Of a stretch of 64,000 bases of DNA, positions 40,110 to 48,711 are shown in pieces. This DNA is from an uncultured Bacilli bacterium (GTDB taxonomy: Bacteria; Bacillota_I; Bacilli_A; RF39; UBA660). The first letter of the stretch is position 1, and each line of letters starts with the position of its first letter. The notes beneath the pieces are model-generated. The model did no database searches and was not told the DNA's origin. It saw nothing but the letters and a program-made list of their open reading frames with translations. The DNA is taken from the NCBI GenBank assembly GCA_934130405.1, contig CAKOXX010000001.1, positions 11,566 through 75,565 on the forward strand. The letters run 5' to 3'. Position numbers and translations under genes: made by a program.

Positions 40110-41560
40110 TATTCTTCACCTCCAATTTGCCCTTTAAGCCCTGTTAATTTTTCTATTTCATTAGCAATATTTAATACTTTCTTGTCTTCTTTTATACCAC
40201 TAGTAATATTAATACCAATCGGACAATCACTGACAAAACCAGATGGAATAGTAATTGATGGAAAACCACCAAAGTTTCCTAAAGCCATATGATTTTCTAG
40301 TAATAAATATTTATCACTTAATTTATCGGTAGCATCAGAAAACTTTGGAGCAGCTCCACCACTACAAGGTAAGATAAGACCATCATAAGTAGTGAATAAT
40401 TCTGTTAATTTTTCTACTAACAGTCTTCTAACACGACAAGCATTTAGATAAAGTTTTTCTTGATTTTCTTTTTGTAAAATATAACTTCCTAATACAAAAC
40501 GACGTTTAATAAGTTCTGAGAAGCCTTCTGTTCTAGTAGCAATTATTAAGGAATTAACGTCATCTTTATTAACTCTATTTCCAAAAGCTATACCAGTTAA
40601 GTTAGAATTATTACTAGTAGCTTCCGCACAAGAGATGGTCATATAAGTTGGATATATCGCTTCTAATAAGGCTTTATCAATTGATACTTCAACAACTTCT
40701 ACTCCTCTAGTTTTTAATCTTTCTAATAAAGAATAAAAATTATCTAAAACTTCCATTAGTTCTTTATCATCAGTATCATATAAGCTTCGATCAACTATTT
40801 CTTTAATATAGAATAGTTTTTTACCAGCAAGTGGTTCATCAATATTTTCTAATAAATCACTATCATCTTGATAAGTTGTCATATCATGAATGTCATAACC
40901 TTTAATAGTGTTAATAACAGTTGCTACATCTTTAACACTTCTTGCAAAACAACCAACATGGTCAAGACTTGATGCAAAAGCAAATAAACCATAACGTGAT
41001 ACCAAACCATAAGTCGGTTTAAAACCAACAACGCCACCGAAAGCAGCTGGCTTTCTAATAGAGTCCCCCGTATCGCTTCCAAGTGCAAAAGGAACTATTC
41101 CTAAAGATACAGCAGCAGCACTTCCAGCACTAGAACCACCGATTTCTCTTGTTACGTCATAAGGATTTCTAACAATACCAGTATGTCCAGTAGTACCAGT
41201 TCCTCCCATCGCTAATTCATCAAGGACTGTTTTCCCAACTAAGACTGCTCCAGCATTTTTTAATTTTTTATAAACGGTTGCATCATAAACTGGAACATAG
41301 TTCTTTAAGATGTTACTAGAAGCAGTTGTTAAGATATTGCTAGTAGAAATATTATCTTTCAAAGCATATGGTATTCCTGCTAACGGACTAGTTCTTTTCT
41401 TTATCTTGCATTTATCACAGATAGTAACAAAAGAATTATAAGTAGCTTGATATTTATGGGCAAGTTGATTTGCTTCATTAAATAACTCCTCACTAGTAAC
41501 ATTTCCATTATCAAGTTCATATCTTAAATCGCTAATTAAACTTTTTCTATAATTCATCAC
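40109..41560 (-). CDS. gatA: Asp/Glu-tRNA amidotransferase subunit A
   Basis: Amidase signature GGSSAGSAAAV; 483 aa. Confidence 0.95.
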   Translation of the reverse strand: MMNYRKSLISDLRYELDNGNVTSEELFNEANQLAHKYQATYNSFVTICDKCKIKKRTSPLAGIPYALKDNISTSNILTTASSNILKNYVPVYDATVYKKLKNAGAVLVGKTVLDELAMGGTGTTGHTGIVRNPYDVTREIGGSSAGSAAAVSLGIVPFALGSDTGDSIRKPAAFGGVVGFKPTYGLVSRYGLFAFASSLDHVGCFARSVKDVATVINTIKGYDIHDMTTYQDDSDLLENIDEPLAGKKLFYIKEIVDRSLYDTDDKELMEVLDNFYSLLERLKTRGVEVVEVSIDKALLEAIYPTYMTISCAEATSNNSNLTGIAFGNRVNKDDVNSLIIATRTEGFSELIKRRFVLGSYILQKENQEKLYLNACRVRRLLVEKLTELFTTYDGLILPCSGGAAPKFSDATDKLSDKYLLLENHMALGNFGGFPSITIPSGFVSDCPIGINITSGIKEDKKVLNIANEIEKLTGLKGQIGGEE

Positions 41561-41855
41561 TATCCACCACCCTTGGTACTTTTACTTGATCTCTTACTTG
41601 ATGATCTGTATTAGCTAATACCTCACTGACAGAAAGCATTTCCATTTCATTTACTTCGTCATTTCTTAATTTTGCTTCGTTTGAAATGTACGGATAAAAT
41701 AATGGTTCTATCTCTTTAATGTTAGGTATATTTTCAATTAATTCCATCTGTTTAAGAATTGTTGCAAATTCATCTTGCAATGTTTCATATTCATTATCAT
41801 CCATATCAAACATTAGCTTTCTAGCATAATCTTTTAACATTTCTTTAGTTATCAC
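41547..41855 (-). CDS. gatC: Asp/Glu-tRNA amidotransferase subunit C
   Basis: A GTG start at 41855 (AAAGGA 8 nt upstream) gives (M)ITKEMLKDYARKL..., a typical GatC N-terminus of about 102 aa. The upstream part of the tracked ORF is the T-box leader. Confidence 0.8.
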   Translation of the reverse strand: MITKEMLKDYARKLMFDMDDNEYETLQDEFATILKQMELIENIPNIKEIEPLFYPYISNEAKLRNDEVNEMEMLSVSEVLANTDHQVRDQVKVPRVVDSDEL

Positions 41856-41877
41856 TTTATCAGTCCTTTCTTTTTTG

Positions 41878-42108
41878 AAAACGAAAAAGACTCTAAATCC
41901 CAGTAAAGGGACGAGTCTTTTACCCGCGGTACCACCCAATTTATTATCGGTTAGATAATCGCTTATCTTGTTAACGGGAACTACCCGGCTTAGTCTACTT
42001 TGTTCTTTAAGCACTCCGAAGTGTTATTCGTAAATACTTTATCTTAACTGTTTTCACCAACCACAGCTTCTCTTATAAGTAAAGTATTCCTACTCGTCTT
42101 CATCAACG
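41878..42108 (-). promoter_or_regulatory. T-box riboswitch leader, probable Asn (AAC) specifier
   Basis: On the minus strand: Stem I with GA/K-turn (TGATGA), AGTA, AGAGA and GGTGAAA elements. Specifier loop is ...CGAAT-AAC-A-CTTCGG (codon at 42025..42023). T-box sequence AATTGGGTGGTACCGCGGG lies at 41942..41924. Terminator is AAAGACTC...GAGTCTTTTTCGTTTTC. Confidence 0.85.
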
Positions 42109-42223
42109 TTTTCTAATAAATTTTACAATGATATTTTATAATTTGTCAATTATTTATATAAATTTTTTGAAAAATTTATTATTTTAGTTTTTACAATTTG
42201 TAGCTAATTATACATGTCATATG

Positions 42224-42484
42224 TTAGTTTTTATTATTAGAAATTTCTTCTAGTTCAATAATAGAAAGTCCTGTATACGTAGAAATTTTATCTAGACTTT
42301 CATTGTTACTTAACATCAGCTTAGCTATTTCTAGTTTTGTTTCTGTTTTTCCAATAATAACACCATTATCAACGCCTTCTGAATAAGCAGAATTTCGACA
42401 TTTTTCTTCTACCTTCTCAGCGTTATACCAAGCATTAAATTCATCATTTAGTTTCAATTTCTCAATCTCATCCATTATGACCAA
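42224..42484 (-). pseudogene. Stand-alone duplicate of the C-terminal ~85 aa of the upstream Rpn-like gene
   Basis: VIMDEIEKLKLNDEFNAWYNAEKVEEKCRNSAYSEG ... ELEEISNNKN matches residues ~190-283 of the 283-aa protein. Confidence 0.5.
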
Positions 42485-42511
42485 TCCTTTCTTGCTTTAT
42501 TTTTAATATCT

Positions 42512-43363
42512 TTAATTTTTATTGTTAGAAATCTCTTCTAGTTCATTAAGAGTAAGTCCAGTTGCATTTATAATTGTATCCTTGTCTATATTCAATGTTA
42601 GTAAATTCTTAACTATTTCTAACTGTTTATGCTTTTCTCCAATAGTAACACCATTATCAGCGCCTTTTGTATAGCCTTCTGAATAGCCCTCAGAATAAGC
42701 AGAATTTCGACATTTCTCTTCCACTTTCTCAGCATTATACCAAGCATTAAATTCATCATTAAGTTTCAATTTCTCAATCTCATCCATTATAACCAGTCCT
42801 TTCTTACTATTACCAGTTATCTTCTTTAACTCCTCATCAGTTTGTGCTGTTAACATTGATAATAGCATTTCGTCTTCGTTAGCTCCAGTATAACAAATGT
42901 CTTTGTAATTTACTAGGTATACATCATAAATTTTGATACCATTTTTTACTAAATTATATTTTCTATTCATTAATTCATACTCTAAAACGGTATCCTCATG
43001 CTCAAACTTATCATTATTTAAACTAATTTGAATTACTTCTTTGGTAGTATATTTTTCACCTTGTTCTAATCTGCTACCGGCTAGACGAAAAGCATAAGTA
43101 AGATTCTTTACTGTCGTATAATTCTCCATCGATTTATTGATTTCAACATTAACAATAATATCTCCTTCTTCTAGTAATAAGTCTAGACGATAATCTTTTC
43201 TTTTGTTACCGCTATTTAACTCATTATCAATAATCTTATAATTAGATAAATCAATCCCAATTATATGACTAAATAACTCAAGATAGATATTTCTTGTCCT
43301 TTCTTCTTTCATGAGATATTTCATAGTTGTATCTGATAAGATACTAATAAAATTATTATTCAT
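42512..43363 (-). CDS. Rpn-family / PD-(D/E)XK nuclease-family transposase-like protein
   Basis: N-terminal pattern ...KYLM...DYRLDLLLEEGDIIVNVEINK resembles PDDEXK_2 'putative transposase' proteins. Confidence 0.6.
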   Translation of the reverse strand: MNNNFISILSDTTMKYLMKEERTRNIYLELFSHIIGIDLSNYKIIDNELNSGNKRKDYRLDLLLEEGDIIVNVEINKSMENYTTVKNLTYAFRLAGSRLEQGEKYTTKEVIQISLNNDKFEHEDTVLEYELMNRKYNLVKNGIKIYDVYLVNYKDICYTGANEDEMLLSMLTAQTDEELKKITGNSKKGLVIMDEIEKLKLNDEFNAWYNAEKVEEKCRNSAYSEGYSEGYTKGADNGVTIGEKHKQLEIVKNLLTLNIDKDTIINATGLTLNELEEISNNKN

Positions 43364-43503
43364 ATTCGGTTCCTTTCATAAGATGATTATTTTTGCTTTT
43401 TCGAAAAAGTGGCACCATCTTAACAGGTTCAAAACTAAATAGCAAATCGGGAATTTTGCATTTTTCCCTAGTAGATACCCCTCAATTTACTAAATTCAGC
43501 CGG

Positions 43504-43541
43504 CAAAATGAAAAATTCAGGTCGAACAAGTACCTGAATTT
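43504..43541 (-). terminator. Rho-independent terminator after the 391-aa surface-protein gene
   Basis: Minus strand AATTCAGGT-acttgttcg-ACCTGAATT followed by TTTTCATTTT. Confidence 0.6.
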
Positions 43542-43580
43542 GTAAAATCTACCCTAAAAAAGTAAAATTTTAATTTTTTT

Positions 43581-44756
43581 TCAAGAAATATCAATTACAT
43601 CATAATAACTAGTCTTACCAGTATAGTTTACATCACTAATAGGAGTTTTAACTCCACTTTCACTATATTCTATATAATCAATTAAATGCTTATCACACCA
43701 CTCTTTACTTGGTTCATTACCTTCTCCAAACATTAAAGTTAAATCTATAATCATATAATCTTTAAAAGTAAACTCTGCCCAATCATATGATTCTATGTAA
43801 AAATGGTCATTTTCACTATTAGAAACGACAATTCCAGTATATATTCCTGTTGCATTAGGACTATAAATGAATTGAGTTTTTGGCCAATATTCTATTCCGT
43901 CTATTACTGTTTTGTGTGCAAATTCAAGTATTTTTTCCAAATTATGTCCCAACTTTTCAACTATAGATAATATATTAACATTATAATAATAATTGTGCCC
44001 AACACTTTTCATACTAGAAGCTGTCATCGCTATAGAATTACCCAAATAAGTAAGTCCATCAGTTGATAAAGTATAAGAGTCATCAGAATTCACTATTAAT
44101 TTTGCATATGTGCCTTTCCTAACAACTGCTATATTATTTTTTAATACATAATATTTTCTACATTCTCCATCTACGTAATAATTTCCTCCTGCATCTTGAC
44201 ACTTTTTATTTAAACTTTCTTCATTAGTTGATGCTCCTTCTATTCTAAGTTTTGCTTTAAAGACTTTATTTTCTTCTTCAGCTGTCATATCGCTTGAAAA
44301 CCATAATCTTAATTTATAGTTAATAGTTTGTCCACTATTAATTATTCCACTTTCTAGTTTTTGATTTCCTGTTAATGACTTAGCAACATTATTAGAACTA
44401 TCTCTTTCCAAACTATAATGAACATATTTCTGATCAATTCTAACATCACCTTCATCTAGTGGTTGATTATCTAAATAGATTGTATATGATGATGCTACTT
44501 TACCATTATTAGTTAATTTAAATGAATAGTAATTATTTAAATTAACACCTTCACTATCTGATAATGGTCCATCTGCTGATACTGTTATCGCATTACCATC
44601 TGATTCATCTAATACAAGTGATAAACTTCCAACTTTCAGAACACTATCTTTAGTTGCAAAGAAACTAGTTTGCAAAAATGCATATGATATTCCTAAAATA
44701 ATAAATATCAATATTACTAATAATATAACTAAAAATATATTTTGTCCCTTTTTCAT
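43581..44756 (-). CDS. SipW/TasA-type signal, TasA-like N-domain protein with a unique C-terminal domain (391 aa)
   Basis: N-terminus KKGQNIFLVILLVILIFIILGISYAFLQTS...VLKVGSLSLVLDES...FKLTNNGKVAS resembles the TasA/CalY signal plus first beta-strands (GGTWAAFND...GTLDLS...FENNGSL). Confidence 0.6.
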   Translation of the reverse strand: MKKGQNIFLVILLVILIFIILGISYAFLQTSFFATKDSVLKVGSLSLVLDESDGNAITVSADGPLSDSEGVNLNNYYSFKLTNNGKVASSYTIYLDNQPLDEGDVRIDQKYVHYSLERDSSNNVAKSLTGNQKLESGIINSGQTINYKLRLWFSSDMTAEEENKVFKAKLRIEGASTNEESLNKKCQDAGGNYYVDGECRKYYVLKNNIAVVRKGTYAKLIVNSDDSYTLSTDGLTYLGNSIAMTASSMKSVGHNYYYNVNILSIVEKLGHNLEKILEFAHKTVIDGIEYWPKTQFIYSPNATGIYTGIVVSNSENDHFYIESYDWAEFTFKDYMIIDLTLMFGEGNEPSKEWCDKHLIDYIEYSESGVKTPISDVNYTGKTSYYDVIDIS

Positions 44757-44787
44757 TTTTTACCTCTTTCTAATATTCAAACAGCAC

Positions 44788-44819
44788 AAAAAAACAGAAT
44801 AAGCTTTTTCCTATTCCAT
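44788..44819 (-). terminator. Leader terminator-like hairpin 1
   Basis: Minus strand ATGGAATAGG-aaaaag-CTTATTCTGT (with G-U pairs) followed by T7, about 30 nt upstream of the gene start. Confidence 0.5.
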
Positions 44820-44850
44820 TACTTTTACACTATTAAAGAAAGCAGGTTTA

Positions 44851-44940
44851 TTACTTAATAAGTACCCCCCCCCAAGTTAATTTTAAGTTAACTTTTCTAG
44901 ACTTAAAAAGTGAGCAACTATTTTTAAAACAACTTTTCAT
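44851..44940 (-). CDS. Leader uORF 1 (29 aa) containing the G9 tract
   Basis: AGGTGA lies 6 nt before the ATG at 44940. Translation: MKSCFKNSCSLFKSRKVNLKLTWGGVLIK*. Confidence 0.5.
   Translation of the reverse strand: MKSCFKNSCSLFKSRKVNLKLTWGGVLIK
44865..44873 (-). repeat. Homopolymeric tract, C9 on plus strand (G9 in the transcript)
   Basis: Counted directly: agta-ccccccccc-aagtt. Confidence 0.95.
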
Positions 44941-45014
44941 AATTACTCACCTACTTTCTTTACTTTTATAGTTTATCACAGTTATTTTTGTATCTCAATA
45001 TATTTATTGAAATA

Positions 45015-46652
45015 CTATCCAATGGTAACAGTTCCTTTTCCTCCCAACTTATCTTCTAACCAAGCTTTAGTAGTTGCATCCTTAGTAATAATATTTATAT
45101 CTGATGCTACTAACGTAAATGTATTATCATAATTTGAAACAGATGTAAATACAGCTTTTCTTAAATCCAACCTTTTCAAACTTTTACACCAATTAAAAGT
45201 ATGAAACATATCAGTTACATTTTCTGTATTAAAACTACTAAGATTTAATTCTTGCAGATTAATATTAAAAGCAAACATATCACTCATTGTAGTAACTTTA
45301 CTTGTATCAAAACTACTTAAATCTAATTCAGTTAAAGAACCATAACTAGAAGTACCAAGATTTGTATCCCACATATTAAACATTGATGACATATCTGTTA
45401 CTTTTGATGTATCAAAACTAGATAAATTGATTGAGAACAATTTTTTACAATTACAAAACATCCCACCCATATTAGTTACATTACTAGTATTAAAATTACT
45501 CAAGTCTAGTGTTGTTAAATTCTTATCTCCGTTAAACATATGAAACATATCTGTTACTTTTGAAGTATTAAGATTGTCAATATTTAATGTCTGTAAACTC
45601 GTATTGTATGCAAACATATCTCGCATTATTGTCACGTTTGAGGTATCAAAACTACTTAAGTCTAATAAAGTTAAGCTACCAGTACTAGCAGCATCATCCG
45701 TTTTATTCCACATATTAAACATTCCATACATATTTGTAACTTTAGACGTATCAAAGTTACTTAAATCGATATTTAATAAACTTTTACAATTACTAAACAT
45801 TTGTGACATATCTGTAACCTGCGAGGTATTTAACAAAGTTAAATTTTCTATTGTTTTTAGTTCAGTAAAATAGTTAAATAGGTAACTAGAATTACTATTA
45901 GCAAATATTTCACCATTACTTTGGATATATAAAGTATTGGTACTATCATCGTTAGATACTATTTTACCAATAACACTATTATTATCATTTGCTGATAAGT
46001 CATAACTCTTAGTAGTGTTTTCTATATCATTTATTTTATCTTGAAATACTATCTTAGTAACTGTTTGTTTTTCTTCATCGATAAGTTTAAGAGATGATGC
46101 CATAGTATTAATATTTTGGCTAGCTTCTATTCTAAGTTTTGCTTTAAATACTTTATTTTCTTCTTCAGCTGTCATATCACTTGAAAACCATAATCTTAGT
46201 TTATAGTTGATAGTTTGTTTACTATTTATTATTCCACTTTCTAGTTTTTGCTCTCCAGTTAAAGACTTAGCAACATTATTAGAATCATCTCTTTCTAAAC
46301 TATAATGGACATATTCTTGGTCAATTCTGACATCACCTTCATCTAATGGTTGATTATCTAAATAGATTGTATATGATGATGCTACTTTTCCATTATTAGT
46401 TAATTTAAATGAATAGTAATCATTTAAATTAACACCTTCACTATCTGACAATGGTCCATCTGCTGATACTGTTATCGCATTACCATCTGACTCATCTAAT
46501 ACAAGTGCTAAACTACCTACTTTTAAAACATTATCATTACTTGCAAAGAAACTTGTTTGTAAAAATGCATATGATATTCCTAGAATAATAAATATCAAGA
46601 TTATAAGTAATATAATTAAAAATATATTTTGTTTATTAATCTTAGATTTCAT
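45015..46652 (-). CDS. TasA-like N-domain fused to BspA-type (DUF285) leucine-rich repeats (545 aa)
   Basis: The N-terminal ~180 aa are nearly identical to the 391-aa protein. The C-terminal part repeats LDLSxFDTSxVTxMxxMFxxCxxL, the DUF285/BspA LRR pattern. Confidence 0.7.
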   Translation of the reverse strand: MKSKINKQNIFLIILLIILIFIILGISYAFLQTSFFASNDNVLKVGSLALVLDESDGNAITVSADGPLSDSEGVNLNDYYSFKLTNNGKVASSYTIYLDNQPLDEGDVRIDQEYVHYSLERDDSNNVAKSLTGEQKLESGIINSKQTINYKLRLWFSSDMTAEEENKVFKAKLRIEASQNINTMASSLKLIDEEKQTVTKIVFQDKINDIENTTKSYDLSANDNNSVIGKIVSNDDSTNTLYIQSNGEIFANSNSSYLFNYFTELKTIENLTLLNTSQVTDMSQMFSNCKSLLNIDLSNFDTSKVTNMYGMFNMWNKTDDAASTGSLTLLDLSSFDTSNVTIMRDMFAYNTSLQTLNIDNLNTSKVTDMFHMFNGDKNLTTLDLSNFNTSNVTNMGGMFCNCKKLFSINLSSFDTSKVTDMSSMFNMWDTNLGTSSYGSLTELDLSSFDTSKVTTMSDMFAFNINLQELNLSSFNTENVTDMFHTFNWCKSLKRLDLRKAVFTSVSNYDNTFTLVASDINIITKDATTKAWLEDKLGGKGTVTIG

Positions 46653-46684
46653 ATTTAAATCATCTCTTTTCTCACTTGTATTAT

Positions 46685-48544
46685 TTATATCGCAAATGGA
46701 TTTAGAGCAGTTCCATCTCCCTTAATTATTTGAATATCTGCACGAAGACTTATAACTGGACGAACACTGTAGAGATTTGAGACATAACCCCAAGGATTCA
46801 GACTGCCCGAAGGAAGCACTCTCCAAACTTGTGCAACAGAGCTGTAAGACTCAAAGTTAGCCGGAGAGAGTGTCCAAAAATATTGTCCATTATATAGATA
46901 ATAATTACTGTTTGCTGTGTTATATATTCCGCCGGCCATTCCTACTTCATCTGCTGTAATAAGTGAAATTGGATAATCTAATTTAGCACTTTCATTTGAC
47001 ACTTTAAATTTATCATTATCTTGTGCACATTTTAAACTTGGTGCTTTCTTTTCATATAAACGTTCATATGTTCCATAAGTAGTAGTTGGTGGCGTTAAAT
47101 AACCATTACCCCAATTTATACTTCGATCATTACAGAATGTTTCATCTGCTAAATATGATGTATAACTTGTTAAATTGTTTTTATACCATGTATCTAGTGT
47201 ATTCTTCATTGTATTGTTTGTATTATTTGTTACTGCATCGGCATAACTATCACTGCTATAAGAAATTGGTTGGACTATCATTGTTGTATCATTTGAATAT
47301 CCTGTGATTTTATATACTACATTACAACTTGTATTTAAACAACTATATAGTTTTCCTGATACAATTTCATCCGAATTATCTTTCCAAGTTAATTGTTTGG
47401 TAGTTCCGGTTAATGTGAATTTTTTTGTTGTTTCATCAAAAGTGTATCCTGTTCCAAAGTTATATTTTGAGGTATTAGCAAACCAATTGTAACCTGTTGT
47501 TCCATTATTTTCATGTAGAGAAAACTTTTCATTATATTTATATCCGACATAAGTTGGATCCCAATATTTTTCATTAAACACTGAATTACCTATGTTTGTA
47601 GCAGTTCCTGTATCTGACGTTGTTTTTCCTGAATAAATCATTCTGATACTTCCATCTCCATTACGACGGATAATTCTCCAAGTATATCCTGCAAATGATA
47701 CATAGTTATTTTTCACTGCTCCTCTATAATAGTAGCTGTCTCCCTCATCATCCTCTGCCATGAATAAACCCTCATCGGTAGTAGCAGTTTTAGAAAAGTC
47801 TGGGGTTCCTTTGGCATTTATATTAGTCTTGGCACTTTCTACTGATATTTCATGATTGTTCATTACTAACATACAATCTGATAAAGTATTAAATCCATTA
47901 TCTTTGCAATAGGTATCTTCTACTTCTGCTACGGTATCTGAGGTTTGTCCGTAAACATTTACTTTTACTTTATATACTAATCCACCGTTATCACTTTGTG
48001 GATTATAACTTTCATCTACCCATAGTCTTAATCGATATTTGATTTCTGTATCTCCTTGTTGATTTAAATTTCCTACAAATAAACTCATCATATCTGATGG
48101 GCGACCAGTATAAACATTTCCAGTTGGGTCTTCTGAATAAGTTTTTGGTGGCATTGCTTCTTCTTCAGTACCATCGGAATTAACTTTCGTAAGATATAGT
48201 TTGATATTCTTTCCATCAAAGGTGTTTCCATTCTCTTCTTTCACTGCTATCTCATAGTTAATATCTGTATTCCCTGCTATTGATGATTTAATGGTAAAAT
48301 CAAAATATTCTCCAGAATTAAGTCTTTTCTTTCCAGTCGTATCGGTCGTCGGAAGAGCATTACTCATAGATATAATATTAGTACTTTCTGTATAATTCAT
48401 CGTTATTGCTCCAGTAGTTATGGTATTCAACTTTTGACCTATTCCTGAATAGTTAAATGCTGCATAACTGATACCAATAACAGCAATTAGTAAGATAAAA
48501 GTTGTTCCGATAGTTAATATATTTTTAAACTTTTGTTTATTCAT
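46685..48544 (-). CDS. SipW/TasA-type signal surface protein (619 aa)
   Basis: GISYAAFNYSG...ITTGAITMNY closely resembles TasA GGTWAAFND...ASGTLDLS. The C-terminal end ...VRPVISLRADIQIIKGDGTALNPFAI is shared with the 503- and 495-aa paralogs. Confidence 0.65.
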   Translation of the reverse strand: MNKQKFKNILTIGTTFILLIAVIGISYAAFNYSGIGQKLNTITTGAITMNYTESTNIISMSNALPTTDTTGKKRLNSGEYFDFTIKSSIAGNTDINYEIAVKEENGNTFDGKNIKLYLTKVNSDGTEEEAMPPKTYSEDPTGNVYTGRPSDMMSLFVGNLNQQGDTEIKYRLRLWVDESYNPQSDNGGLVYKVKVNVYGQTSDTVAEVEDTYCKDNGFNTLSDCMLVMNNHEISVESAKTNINAKGTPDFSKTATTDEGLFMAEDDEGDSYYYRGAVKNNYVSFAGYTWRIIRRNGDGSIRMIYSGKTTSDTGTATNIGNSVFNEKYWDPTYVGYKYNEKFSLHENNGTTGYNWFANTSKYNFGTGYTFDETTKKFTLTGTTKQLTWKDNSDEIVSGKLYSCLNTSCNVVYKITGYSNDTTMIVQPISYSSDSYADAVTNNTNNTMKNTLDTWYKNNLTSYTSYLADETFCNDRSINWGNGYLTPPTTTYGTYERLYEKKAPSLKCAQDNDKFKVSNESAKLDYPISLITADEVGMAGGIYNTANSNYYLYNGQYFWTLSPANFESYSSVAQVWRVLPSGSLNPWGYVSNLYSVRPVISLRADIQIIKGDGTALNPFAI

Positions 48545-48575
48545 AAAGACTTATTCCTTTCATTTTGGTATACAC

Positions 48576-48618
48576 AAAAAAGATAGATTTATATTATCAG
48601 TGATATTAATCTATCTTT
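48576..48618 (-). terminator. Leader terminator-like hairpin 2
   Basis: Minus strand AAAGATAGATT-(18-nt loop)-AATCTATCTTT followed by TTTTGTG. Confidence 0.5.
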
Positions 48619-48654
48619 ATTCCACGATAAAAGAAAGTAAGTCTTTTTCTTAAA

Positions 48655-48711
48655 TTAGTAAGTACCCCCCCCCCACGTTAATTTCTGGTTAACTTGAGTC
48701 AATCGATACAT
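48655..48711 (-). CDS. Leader uORF 2 (18 aa) containing the G10 tract
   Basis: AGGTGA lies 5 nt before the ATG at 48711. Translation: MYRLTQVNQKLTWGGGTY*. Confidence 0.5.
   Translation of the reverse strand: MYRLTQVNQKLTWGGGTY
48665..48674 (-). repeat. Homopolymeric tract, C10 on plus strand (G10 in the transcript)
   Basis: Counted directly: agta-cccccccccc-acgtt. Confidence 0.95.

Larger units (their letters stand above)
44757..44998 (-). promoter_or_regulatory. Leader module copy 1 (promoter, uORF with G9, anti-SD, hairpin)
   Basis: TTGAGA (44998..44993), 17 nt, TAAACT (44975..44970, TG-extended). Anti-SD ACCT-g-CTTTCT (44847..44837) is complementary to AGAAAG+AGGT (44771..44762) at the SD of the 391-aa gene. 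Confidence 0.55.

Noticed and set aside
41856-42014. The N-terminal 53 codons of the tracked 155-aa 'GatC' ORF.
   Set aside because: This stretch is the T-box leader (T-box sequence, terminator) translated by chance. Real gatC starts at GTG 41855, behind an SD.
42224-43363. The Rpn-like gene considered as an active insertion sequence.
   Set aside because: I could find no terminal inverted repeats or target-site duplication around it. Rpn/PDDEXK_2 'transposases' are usually stand-alone chromosomal genes.
45574-47492. Plus-strand ORFs (99, 73 and 62 aa) antisense to the surface-protein genes. Similar ones occur at 57636..57926 and 59802..59984.
   Set aside because: They are shadow frames of repetitive coding sequence. 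They lack an SD and have hydrophobic, low-complexity translations.
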